Source of the DNA: Atractiella rhizophila
Lineage: Eukaryota
Reading direction: 5' to 3'
Assembly (NCBI GenBank): GCA_021432655.1
Contig: MU271478.1
Span: 1 to 56,917 of the forward strand
Length of the DNA: 56,917 nt
Below are positions 39,582 through 51,270 of this stretch, in pieces. Position 1 is the first letter of the stretch. Each line of letters opens with the position of its first letter. Position numbers and translations under genes: made by a program. Below the pieces are notes generated by a model. That model was not told the DNA's origin. It was given only the letters and a program-made list of their open reading frames with translations, and searched no databases.

Positions 39582-40911
39582 TCAGAACTGAAAACCTTCT
39601 GCCCGGAGAATCGTCACCAATTCATTGAACACCCTCCTTTGCGCTTCAACGCCATCGGGAGTTGTGACGAATTTTGAAAGCCCTTCTTGAGGTTTACAGG
39701 TATGGATATAACTCCCACTCTCGAACTCTTCGATTGCTCCCCATACCAAATTCCGTGCTCCTACCTCTGCCGGTTTTGCAGCAAGAGCTCTCAGGATCCT
39801 ATAGAACGAGTTAGTCCGGAAATGTCGAAACGAGGATTCGGTGAGCGCACCCAAATGCGAGTTTTACACCACCTGTTGCGTGTCTACTGAGTTCCGAAGT
39901 GCACAAGCCTTCACCTTGAAGTGTAAGAATATGCGAGATGATCAACAGTCACACAAACCAGGGTTAGGAGCGGACACAATGATCCCTTTCGCCTCCGGAC
40001 GCCTCGCCAATTCTCTCGCGAAGAGAATATCCAACAGCTTTGACCGCTGATATGTTTCTGATAAGGTGACAGGCTGCCGGTTCACAGATTTCATTATTTC
40101 AGGATCTTTGTGCTCTTTGAATTTCGCTACAGCGTGCACTACAGTCGCTTGTCACATCTGTTATGAGAAAGAACGTAGGCTCGTGCTCACAATCGCTCGT
40201 TACGACTGCAAGATGCGGCTTGATCAATACGCCGCCCTGTGGAGTCGGGAGGTGCGACGTGGCTTGCATTTTGTTGACTAAGGAAAGAGCGAGACCAGCA
40301 GTCGAGCTAGTCCTCTGATGATGACAAACAATCTGTCGAACTGAGATGACTCTTACATTACGTTGACTTGTAGCCTGGCTTTTGTCTTAGAGTTTCTCAT
40401 CTTAGAATAGCGAGACCCTTACGTTAGCTCCCACCCGTCCCTTGTGAGTGGCTGCTCGCCTGGCCATACCCCAGCGTTCTCCACTATTGATTCCTCTTTT
40501 TAGGACGGGGACGGGAGTAAGGAAGACAAATCAAACCCAATATATCGAGATGGTCGAGTTCTGCATTCGCTTTCGCAGCGAACTCTTTGACGCTCGTGAA
40601 ACTGTCAAGTACTAGTCTCCATACGTTTATAGCCGTGGTCGTTCCCGGTACGAGTTCCTTGAGCTTCTCAGCTGCCAATTCCCCTTTCTCCAGGTCTCGA
40701 ACTGCGAGAATGAGCTTGTTTGGCTTCACTGTGTACACTAGTGAGTTCCGCCAATTAAAGACGGTGCGCGAAGGCACATACTTCGTAGTAAAGCTAGCGA
40801 AGTCTCGAATCCCAACCCAACATTAGCTCCAGTCACAATAACTGTCCTACCCGTCAAGTTTCTAGAGGCGACGGGAAGGTCCATGTATTTCTCGCGAATC
40901 AGCCTCAACAT
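39582..40911 (-). CDS. Short-chain dehydrogenase/reductase, retinol-dehydrogenase/WWOX-like
   Basis: TVIVTGANVGLG, LILAVRDLEKG, LDILVENAG, DGWELTLQVN, Y..SKLL (YQRSK), NPGLC. The start codon is uncertain. Confidence 0.85.
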
Positions 40912-41338
40912 GCTGTCACACAATATGCGTGTTGAAAACAATGCTTACACACCTCACCAAGAAGGGTTTTTATACCCCTATACCTACGCTGTCGTCTGGA
41001 ATGCCGTGTATTATCCAGACCATTCATCCCGAAAGTCTTTCTGTGCCCGTCTGGCTGCATCACTGCTCAAGTATTGTAGTAAGCGTTTCTTCTGCACAGA
41101 CAGAGGAAAGCTGCTGTAATTTTGAAGACTCTGGCGAGAGTTCGCGCGCTCGGTCACAATCCCTCCGAGTTCGGACAAAGGCAGTGAAATAGTCCTGCTA
41201 CTCGAAAGCAGCAAAGGAGTTGTCTACGGTTCATAAATTTATATACTTAGAATGCTGTAACAAACTGTCACATATGACAGGGTTTTGGAATCATAAAAGG
41301 AGAACATGTAAGAAATGGGTTATTGCACCCAGGGGTCT

Positions 41339-41373
41339 GTGATACGTTGACAAGTGATACGTTGACAAGTGAT
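41339..41373. repeat. 15-bp tandem direct repeat (GTGATACGTTGACAA x2 plus a partial copy)
   Basis: Exact copies at 41339-41353 and 41354-41368, then GTGAT. Confidence 0.85.
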
Positions 41374-41884
41374 TGTTGTGTTCACTGTTTGAAGCTTCAC
41401 TCGGGGACCTGCTAATCTGAGACTGCTTTTTCAGTAGATGACGACGCAACCGGCCGCCGACAAGGGAACACGTTAGGATCGAACAAACTCTGTGGCCTCC
41501 TTCATAAATAAAACCTGACTGGCATACTTGTTCCTCGACCCTCGTGTAGGCGAGAATAAATTGTTGTTGAGAACAATAAATCCCTTTCTTGTTTCAAAAT
41601 GGTGGGAGAGAATCTCGAGGTGACTTGTTCAAGGCAGTTATAGCAGCCAATAAGCAGAATTATGTGCCTGCCAACAAGGGAGAGGAATATTGGCCATCTT
41701 CGGTAGTCACCGCTTCCAACAGATTGACCTTCCTCTATTGTTTCCAACTTCTACATCCTACTTCTACAACACCCTCACGCGCTCATATAACGCAATACCC
41801 CTCCCTAAAAGCATACTTCAACACGAACTCAACAAAATTCACAAAACGATTAAAAGGAAGCATCGAAATCAAGGCGACTCCGAT

Positions 41885-42891
41885 ATGATGGAAGTCGATC
41901 TACCTGACAACAAGGGAAATACGACGCCCTGCCCTCCTCCAGATTATTAGGGAGTAGAACACACCCCTTCCCCTCCTTCAGAACGCACTCCTTTCCCCCC
42001 TATGAAGGATATCACGCCGCCTCGTCATATGAGGGAACGCGCCCCATCTCCTCCTTCACCCCGCTCGAGGAAGAGATATTACAAAGCCCGCCACGCAATG
42101 ATACAGTCTCAGACAGCACCAGTGAGGAGAACCAAAAATTTCCTCAGAGAGGAGAAAGTTGGAATGGGATTTCTTGGAAGAGGTAGGCGGTCCGTTGATC
42201 GAGAGAACGAGACGATCGCGGGGATCTTGGAGGGAGGCGGTAGGAGGGTGAGCAGGAATGGGAAGATTGTAGAGGAAGATGCGGAAAGGAGGGCTAGGAT
42301 CCAGAATATCAGGAGGAAGCAGGAGGAGAAGAGAGTGCAAGGAAAGGATGAGGAAGTTATGCGCTTGAAAAGAGAGAAGGAGAATGCCTATCGTGAGGGT
42401 GTAGAAGGTATGTTTTCTTTGAATTCTTCATCAGTGGGGAGGGTATTGATAATCATCGCGTATTTTGGAAGATTTGACGGCTGCTCTAAGCGGAATGGCG
42501 CTGAATAGTGGATTGCCCTTCAACATCGACTTTTGCTTTGGTGTTCTGACTGATAATGAGTTCTACCGAACAGGTTAGGCCCTTTCTGTCTTCTACAGGC
42601 GTTGCACACCTTGATCACTTTTCAACAATAGATGCCGCCTGGCAATTCTACTTGGATAACGTCGCCCGCTTTATTCCGGACTGCTGTGATGAGCACCATG
42701 CCCTTGAAGATCTCGAAACTGGCCAGTATTGGAAAATTGTATACTGTGCAACAGACAGCCCACGATTTCAAGAGATTGATAGGGAACAATACGAATTCAA
42801 TTGTGCTCACGAAACGGAGCAGGAGAAGAAGCAGCGTTGCATGCAGAGGTGCGTGGAAATCGCAAACGATAGATCGAAATACGAGGCGTGA
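41885..42891 (+). CDS. Hypothetical spliced orphan protein; in-frame TAG at 41948-41950, alternative start 42002
   Basis: Introns 42408-42471 and 42574-42631 join in phase (EGVE|DLTAALSG...FYRT|DAAWQFYLD...KYEA*). No recognisable domain. Confidence 0.55.
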
Positions 42892-43638
42892 TTCCTCAGT
42901 CAATTCTTCCTTCTTCTCAAGCATATAAGTAGAAGACTCCACTGAGCAGCTGCGCGGAATTGATGTTCGTGTGTTCGTTTGCAAAGTCAGCAAAGGCAGG
43001 CGCATTCACTTTGTGTCTGTTCATAAATCCGGTACATTGTTGTGCTTCTCTAGAATATGAATTCTTAACCCCCAATACCAAAACTGGATGACGGGATTGT
43101 GATCTGCAAGGATGAGTTGCAGCATAGTGCGAACCATCAAAATTAAATTAGGCAACGTTCTAATGGTTCCTCTGTCGCGCTCTTTGCGCAAAGCCGTTGG
43201 AAAGCAAGCAAGATCCTCTCCCAAAGAGATTAGGACAGATGGCGCACCATATGATCTATTGGACACTGATTTGTGTTGCATGTTCGTTCCCATCCTGTAT
43301 CTCTTACACATCACTCGCCTCTATCCCTTGTAGATCTCCGTCCCCAGCCCCTCTGGTACCTGAATTTCCTATGAGAGTTCTGATCTCTGCACTTCTGTCA
43401 ATATGATCTTCGTCTCTTCGGTTCCAAATATTAATGCTTCACGTGCATCTGCAGCGATGTGGGTTGTCATAAGGTCCAAGCTGCATTCATGGCACTTAAC
43501 GACTTGCTCAGACTTCTGAAATGGCAGGTAACGATGACAGAGAGCCTCGTTGGTAGATGTAGTGACTGCCTTTGCTTAAATGAAGCTTGAATTCTAACAC
43601 AAGTTGATTGCTTTATTTGTACATTGATGGCTTCATTT

Positions 43639-44842
43639 TTACAGCCTGCCTGTCTCGAGGATGTAGCCACCATCCACGGCAAGACTGTTAATCATCCATG
43701 AGCTCATTAAACAATGATACAACGAAGCACCTACGTTTGCCCATTGAAATAGGTGTTGGTCGCAGCAAAGAGGACAGCGCTTCCCATGTCCCTATTCAGT
43801 GCATCAATACCATCCAATGGGAGATAAAAAGAGTATCGGACCTATCCGTTCCTGCACGATTTGCTGGAAATTTTCCTTCATACTTGTCTTTCGGGATATG
43901 CGACTTCTGCGCCTCATTGGAGTCATTCGTGGTCATTTCGGATGGATAGACCCCAGGAGCGATAGTATTTACTCTGCTCTTTCTTCAGTAATGGCTTGGA
44001 CAAGAAAAGGACAGACAAACCGAATTTTCATGTTGCTACTAGTAATTTCGCTCGCCAACAAATTTGTAAGGTGTATGGTGGCACCTTTACTAGCATTGTA
44101 AGCAAAATGGTGTTGAGCGGACTTGACGATTCCACTAATGCTTGAGATGTTGATCACGGTGCTAGACCATCCATGCTGCTCTTCTGACGATTTCTGAAGG
44201 AGCGGAAGAAAGGCAAGTGTTGTGAAGTATACGCCGACGACGTTCGTTCGGTAGATTGAAAGCCAATCGTCGAAGGTGGCCTTCTTGTCATCAAATAGGG
44301 CTTTCTTGAATTCCTCCGCCCCTTCTGCATCGGTGTTAAAGGTTTCTCCATCTACCGAACCAGCTCGTCAGTTTGCCATTTTCTGATTAGTCTAAGAGTG
44401 GAAGTCGCACCAATTCCCGCGTTGTTGATCAAGATATCGAGTCTGTTCTCTTTCGAGCTGAAGTCGTTTAGAAGCTTCTGTACTCCTGCCTTCTCATTCA
44501 CGTCCCCCGGAAGAGGAATGATCTGTCCCTCAATTCCTTGTCCATGAGTTTCTGCTGCTCTCTCCAAAGCATCTTGTCGCCTTCCAGCAATATACACCTT
44601 CGCCCCGTTCACAGCCAGGGCTTGGGTAGCCATGAGACCTATCCCAGTCCCTCCACCAGTAACCAACGCGACTTCACGTTTGAGAACACGGATAAGCGCC
44701 ACAAATACCTTTGAGAGAAGAGGGGACCGATACCTTTGCCCTTCACGTTGAAAAGGTTGGAAAGCTTGAAATCGTTGTTCGTCGACATCGGATGGAAATT
44801 TCTTTTGAGCGTTTGAAATGGAAGGCGAAGGAGAATTCGCAT
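43639..44842 (-). CDS. Classical short-chain dehydrogenase/reductase (3-oxoacyl-ACP reductase/RhlG-like)
   Basis: LFNVKGK|VALVTGGGTGIG, LDILINNAG, INISSISG, YNASKGA, RVNTIAPG.YPSEMT, AVDGGYILETGRL*. In-frame ATGs at 44842 and 44788. Confidence 0.9.
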
Positions 44843-45096
44843 CGAATGACTTAGGGAGAAAAGCGTGAAAAAAGAAAAGGTTTTATATAAGAGAGAGAGA
44901 GGAAGGACAAAATTTGAGGTCACAACTCGGATTATGATGTCACTGGCATCCTCTCCTTCACGTGCCGCTTCATCCATACTCGATACTCGAAGGTCCAAGC
45001 GAAAGATATATTCACTAGCAACAATTCAAAAGTCATAAAATACCTGAGGCAGCATTCAGCGTTCATCGCAAGACTAGGGACGCGCTGATCACAAGT

Positions 45097-45525
45097 CTAA
45101 ATGCGTATGCCGTTGCCCAACATGCCAGTGTAGCCCCCAATCATTGCCCAAATAGTTGCCCCGAGTCCCTTGATAATGACTACAGATGTATGCAAGACTG
45201 ACAGGCAGAGTGCGAGGATGCTGAGAAGGAGAACGGAGATGAGACAGTCGGCGATAATGCAGACGTTCGAGATTACTCGGGAGATACACCTGAAAGTTGG
45301 GTCGTTACCGTCGTTGTTGTAGAGCTTCGGGAAGCGAAGTGTAAAAGGAGCGGAGAAAAGAAACGATACATGCTGCCTGAGAAACATGAATGAGCTTGGA
45401 GGGTTCAATACGCGAGGAAAGACGCACACGTTGGAGCTCAAAGGACGACAGATACGACGAGAATATTGCGATGTGTGATGGTGGTTGAGGATGGGGACAG
45501 CAGAGGAGGGCTCAGTGCGCTCCAT
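45097..45525 (-). CDS. Possible small membrane protein (weak call)
   Basis: Open frame with a hydrophobic stretch VCIIADCLISVLLLSILALCLSVL and intron-like segments; no family recognised. Confidence 0.25.
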   Translation of the reverse strand: MERTEPSSAVPILNHHHTSQYSRRICRPLSSNVCVFPRVLNPPSSFMFLRQHVSFLFSAPFTLRFPKLYNNDGNDPTFRCISRVISNVCIIADCLISVLLLSILALCLSVLHTSVVIIKGLGATIWAMIGGYTGMLGNGIRI

Positions 45526-45686
45526 CGAATGACAGAACAAAGCCCACGCAATATCTATCTGAGCACAGACTTCAGTAGTTCAGTCATAAAGCTCCACATC
45601 CTTCTTAATCAGTATACATACTGAGGCCAGTAATGTATTGAGCATCAAGAACTAGAGTAATGTACAGGAAACTGTTTCGACAGCCC

Positions 45687-47271
45687 TCAAGCGGAGTTAA
45701 ATACGGCTGCTCGAATTTTCAGACAACAACTGAGGATCTGGAGCTCCTCGTCTCCTCCATCTGTCAAATACTTGTCCGTCTCTGCAAGCGCTATGCCAAC
45801 TGCCGCTTTTATGCGGGGAGACAGAAGGGGGGAGAGGATGAAAAAATCGTGCAACTACCCCAAGTGTAACGTTTGAAGGTCAGTATCGAATAAGTACTGG
45901 TCGGCAGAAGACTGAAGACGAAGGAGGGAGCCGTCGGAAGAGAGGACAGACCTGCGAAAGAATCTGACCCGCGCTATAACCCTCCATCATGACCGCTTCC
46001 ACCTGCTTCTTCACCTTTTCGTACCCTCCCGCACTGCCACTCATAACAATGCTTCCATCAGGCTCGACACCTAGTGCTTCTGCCAGACTACTGAGGACTT
46101 CGGAGGGAATAATTCCAGCTATTTCTTCTACACTCGCAGTTGTTATCGGATCTTCTGCGGAAGGATGAAGTCGTGAGGCGGACTGGAGGAGGGTGATAGC
46201 TCGCCGAAGGTCACCTGACGAGACTGTGAGGAGTGTATCGATGGCCTATGCCACACTCGTTAGAATGGTATGACTATAGAGCGGCTGCCGGTAAGGGGAA
46301 ACGAACGGAGTCTTCGCAGTAGACCTTCTCATTTTGGCAAATCTCAACCAGCCGAGATTTTGCATTCGTGTTGTCTAAAGACTTGAATCGGAACTTGGAG
46401 CATCGGGAAGTGATGGGCTCGATTATTCTTATTACTCTCTCATAAGAAGTAAGACTAGAGTTAGTAGAGATAACACACCGCGTGACATAATTGCAGACAA
46501 GACAGAACCTGGTTATCCTGCTGTATGTCTCCATGATTCTTCGAAGTGCAGACTGAGCATCCGTTGTCATTGAATCCGCTTCATCTAGAATAATGATCTT
46601 GTATGGAGGTCTATGGACGCAACGAATTGAATGGTGCATAAACTCGTTAGTCCTGCTCCATTCACGGCTGGGATAGGACGAACGCAGTTTTGCTCGTTTG
46701 TTCAGTAACAGCGGCTTTGGCAAAGGTTTTGATCTTCTCCCTTACGACTGCGATGCCACGCTCGTCGGATGCATTCAGCTCAAGAACTCGTGAATGGAAG
46801 AGGGGTCTAAATCGCGAGTTTTAGCTATGAACCATGAAGGAGGATGCGAAGGAAACCTACCCAAATAGCTGGTGGCACAATGCTAAAATAGTTGAGGTTT
46901 TTCCAGTACCAGGAGGGCCGTAGAACAGCATGTGAGGGAGCTAATAGACTATTCCTCAACAGTGTGTAGGCGTTTGGGACGGCAGTACATTACTGCTTCC
47001 CAGAGTCTTCCTCAGCACCTGCACGGTATGCTCCTGTGCAGCGACATCATCGATCGTCTTAGGTCTGCTACACACAATTTCCATCGATCCCGAGCTTCAA
47101 TGTCCGTATTCCACACTACCCAGTAAGAAAGAAGACGCACTATTTCTCAACCCACGGTTGCAGCTTTTCGTCCAACTCCGCCTTCCTATTTGCACCATTA
47201 GTAGCACTTGCTCCATTCCCTGCTGTTGAAGCTTTTGCTTGTCCGGCTCGGAGAGCTGCAAACGCGTCCAT
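45687..47271 (-). CDS. RFC2: Replication factor C small subunit (yeast Rfc2/human RFC4)
   Basis: [89 protein letters not shown]. Confidence 0.95.
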
Positions 47272-48211
47272 GAATAGGTAATAACGCGTTGAGATCTCTT
47301 TGAAGTAACAGTTAAGAACAAGAACACGACTAATTCCCGTACTATAAACTATAGTGTGGTGGACCTATCGAAGATGCGAGTTATCCGTTGTCGCCTTATC
47401 CATAGCTAATCCATGATTGGGTATATGTTTCTGAAGGAATAGAGGTGGTTGCGCCTGGGATGGTATGTGATAGTTGCAGAGGGCTTGCATCGAGGCCTTG
47501 ATCTTGGGACAGTATGTAGGAGGTGAACAAGCTGCTTCTGAACGCCATGTATGTTTCTGGTGCTTTCGGACAGCCTTAACGAAAGTGGGTTGTGCCCTTT
47601 CTTTCAGTCATTTGATCGTATATAGCCTCGCCTGTCCACGAGGAACTGTTTGAGGCTCATTTGAACTTGCGTGTGGTGCAAAGTATATTTGGTTAAGAAG
47701 AGTTGTCATGCTTTACTGAAAGAGCGGTGATTATTACGCTCAGGTAGGCTCGATGGCAAGCTCAGTGGGATTACTTCTGCCCCATTCTCATTTGCCCTGA
47801 TGATGGGGTTTGGTGTCACCCTGAGGAAAGTTGGTCTAAGGTGGCAATTATATGCCTTAATATTTCTCAAGTTGGTCTGAGGTAGCAATTATCTGCTTAA
47901 TATGAACCCCCGTCGAGCCGATTCACAAGTGTGTTGGTGACGCTGTATGTGTTGTCCCTTATCTCCAACCCTAGTTCCAAGGGACAACATCCAGTGTCGA
48001 AAGTTAAGTTGTCTCAACTTCGCTTCTCCTAATTCTGTCGAACTGTCCCCTCCCTGTCCTTCACCTTTTGGCGCTCCCAACATTTCTGATATGCACTGCC
48101 CAAGCTAGGTGCAGGAACGGTGAACGGTCAAAGATCCACGACCGCAGGCACACCGAACCCCGTCACAGTTTTGTATTCTTCACGCTGGTTTGTTCAAGGA
48201 GTATTAACAAA

Positions 48212-48282
48212 TCTCGGATGGTCTAACGGTAGGATGCCTGCTGGTCTTGCAGTCGACGGAGGTTCAACTCCTTCTCCGAGAG
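48212..48282 (+). tRNA. tRNA-Asp(GUC)-like gene with a non-canonical anticodon loop
   Basis: Hand-folded cloverleaf: acceptor TCTCGGA/TCCGAGA plus G73; A-box TGGTCTAACGG; D stem GTCT/GGAT; anticodon stem (C)CTGC/GCAG(T) with loop TGGTCTT; T arm GGAGG-TTCAACT-CCTTC. Confidence 0.85.
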
Positions 48283-48287
48283 TTCTC

Positions 48288-48292
48288 TTTTT
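48288..48292 (+). terminator. Pol III oligo-T terminator of the tRNA-like gene
   Basis: TTTTT begins 6 nt after the discriminator base. Confidence 0.7.
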
Positions 48293-48831
48293 GCTCTACA
48301 TGTAAAAAATGTTGCTGAAGCTTGCAGACGCAGAAAATCAGGTTGACAATACGACCTTGTTCCCTCTGGACCCCGTTAGTTGTTCCGTTCATATCTCACA
48401 AAAGCAGCATGCCGTTCCCTTTGCTGTCTTATTCATATGCATCTGATAACACTGTTGCTGGCAAAGAATGAATTGGCATAGCATGATTCATTACAGCTAC
48501 TAATGTCGTGTATTAACTTTCCGAATACTTGGCCTTGGGGCTTCAAGCTGCAGCGGGAACGGGAATCTCAACTAAGAGATTATTCCTTCTCACAGTCTGG
48601 TCGAGATGGGGCCAACTGGCTGGTTCCAGAACATCACAACCGGGGTGGCCATTATGGATAATGTCCCATGTTTGTAGTAAGATTATGCGCCAATTGCACA
48701 ATGGTATATATGGATAACAAAGACAAGGGTACGCTGCCAAAGTTGTACAAAGAAAAGGAACTCAAGCCCAGAAACGGCTTATTCACTTATTCACAACACC
48801 ACTATACACAAATAGAAGTATAACGAGCGAT

Positions 48832-49392
48832 TTAGCGACCCATGCCCCTAGTGACCTTCTTCATTCCAGACGCCTACACAATCCATTAGATTGCATAGAG
48901 AACGAAGAGACAATAAACTTACCTCCTTCAACTTCGCCTGAGCCAACTTGGCTTCCCTGTTGGCCTCCTCCTCGAGCTTCGTGACGTGCTGTTTCGCCTC
49001 TCGTCTAGTCCAGACAAACAATGCGTGAGCATCTTTCTGTGGTTGAAAAGACCTAAATGTTCAAATGCCTACAGGGAAACCTTGCTCCTCTCCAAAGCCG
49101 CTTGTGCGTCTCTTTCCGCCTGAACGGCTCTATTCAACCCGTTCCTCGCATCTGACAAGGCTTGAGAAGTGATGGGTTGAGCACCTCCGATCGTCCTGTC
49201 GTGTTTCCTCAGATTATCGGTGTGAGAAAAACTGTCGGCAGAGTTGCGAGGAGAGTTGCTACGCCTGCCAAACATGCTGCCAGATCTGGTGGTGGAGGAA
49301 GTCGAAGTTCGGCCAGCGTCTCGAGTGGCAGGCGGAGCGCCGCGAGAGGTATTGGTGGTGGTGTTGGTGGTGTTCTTGCGAAAGAGACCCAT
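48832..49392 (-). CDS. Small hydrophilic uncharacterised fungal protein with a coiled-coil C-terminus
   Basis: Spliced: MGLFRK...ARNGLNRAVQAERDAQAALERSKVSL|REAKQHVTKLEEEANREAKLAQAKLKE|ASGMKKVTRGMGR*. It resembles a fungal hypothetical family as I recall it. Confidence 0.75.
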
Positions 49393-49830
49393 GATGTTGA
49401 TTGATTAATAGAGATTTTTTAGTCGTTAGATTTCGTCAAAGGTTTTGTGCTTGGAAATTGGGATTCAGGGGTGGATGGGATGGCTTTTATACTTTAACGC
49501 TGCTTTATACAGAAGGAGAGGTGACGATATCTCGAGCTACGATCCATGACGCAGTAATTCGCGATGACCTCACAAGAAGCAAATTTGAACCTTATTCGCC
49601 ACATCCCAGCTCGCTCTCTCGCGTACTACTAGTTGGCTACAAGTCCGAACGGCAAACAACGCGGAAAGACGACAGTGCAAAGTCAGCGAAGCGGTTAACA
49701 TTAGAATATTCAAACCTGCGGACAGTCGTCCCGCAAGCAGGAACCGCATGGCAGCTACAAAAGCGGTCCTCAGCATTCATGATTATATACCTTCCACCAG
49801 ATACCAGCTCCGCCTGTCGCATCGATTATC

Positions 49831-50864
49831 ATGGCATTAACAGACATCTCGTTGCGATATGTCCCTCTCCGTGGTCTCGTTGAGCCACTCCTTCTCATGC
49901 TCATCGATTCGGGTCATCCTTTCGAGTACTCCACGATCACATACGAAGAAATCTCTGCATTGAGAGAGCAAGGAAAGTTGAATCCTGAGGATGGCTATCC
50001 TTTCGGATTGTTTCCCATTTTAAAAGCAAAATATCATGGCGAATCTTTCATCCTCTCGGAATGTTTGGCCATTGGTGCATTATTGGAAGAGGAGTTTGGG
50101 GGAAGTATCCTGGTAGGGCTCCTCTCTCGAGTATGAGCAATGCTTAAGGAGAGAAAGGGAAAAAAAGGGCCGCTCACAAAGGCGAAGGAGATGATGTTAA
50201 CAACTGCCGCCGCCACGCATAGATCCAACGTTTTCTACGTCGCTGATCCAGTGCGCAGTTCTCTTTCACACTGACAGAATATCAATCATTTACATTGTCC
50301 TGAAAGAATGGGATAACAGCAAAAAAGTTGAACAGATACAAACACCAGTTTATTCTCCCAAATTTGCGGTGCATGGAATATCAACTCAAGACGAAAGACT
50401 TTGACCACTTCTTTAGTGTTTCCTCTGGAGGTATGTATTTGCTAAGTCGGATAAGGCATTTATTTACAAGATGCGAAGATGAGCCACTCAGCGTAGCAGA
50501 AGCATACATCGCCTATGCAATCGATCTCATGATGCTCTTCTGGCCGATTGTCTTCCCTAACTCCATTGCATCTGCCTCTCTCGCTCTGCACTCAGCTCTT
50601 GAACCAAATGCAGATCAAGCAACCTTTACGAAACGAATCGAAAACCATTCCATCGACGAGGTAGGCAAAGACACCGAGTTTCCTCTCTGTGCGAAATTGC
50701 ATTGGAATGTGTATCACGGACGAAGCAGGATACGAGAATGGTGGGTAAAAGGAGAAAAAGAGGGATGTAAGAGGGATTTGAGCATAAGCAAAGGAGAGGG
50801 GGGATCTTGGGAATTCATTGTGACGCAGTTGAAAGCGTTAAAGGAGCAAGGAGGACGGCTGTGA
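49831..50864 (+). CDS. Glutathione S-transferase-like protein, copy 1
   Basis: Thioredoxin-fold GST N-domain LRYVPLRGLVEPLLLML...YPFGLFPIL...LSECLAI; C-domain N-cap-like LSVAEAYIAY; three introns. Confidence 0.72.
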
Positions 50865-51270
50865 AGGAATCTTAGGATACGTCAGAGGAGAGATGCCATA
50901 TCTCGTTTTGCGCTCTTTTTCAACATACAGGGGTAATTAACATGCGTTGAAGCACGAATGAACAGCTACTGCGAGATTGTTTGCTATTCACCACATCCCA
51001 CCTTGAGTTCGGTATTCTGCCTGAGCTACCTAAACAGCGAGGCACCCTTAATTGATCAGAATGAACCGCAAAGAATAGGACGAAAGAGTGGCGCCAAGCA
51101 AACGCAGGCGGGTGACGGCTGATATGCAAATGGCAAACGCATCCGGAGAAGTATGAGCCGCAAAGTACGAACCGCATCGCAATGTTACAAAAGCAGCCTA
51201 GCCCTATGTTATCCTTCAGCATCTCAAAAGGCACTACCACCAGTCCCACATTCTTGTCGCCTTGACTATC

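Noticed and set aside
42950..43450. Minus-strand frame with TAG interruptions and 70-97 aa ORFs
   Set aside because: No recognisable homology or coherent splice model.
48134..48170. ATCCACGACC... faint resemblance to the 5' end of fungal 5S rRNA
   Set aside because: The similarity is short and no complementary 3' stem or internal control region is visible.
48441..48449. Single exact ATCTGATAA
   Set aside because: Isolated and not near the start of an iron-related gene; plausible by chance.
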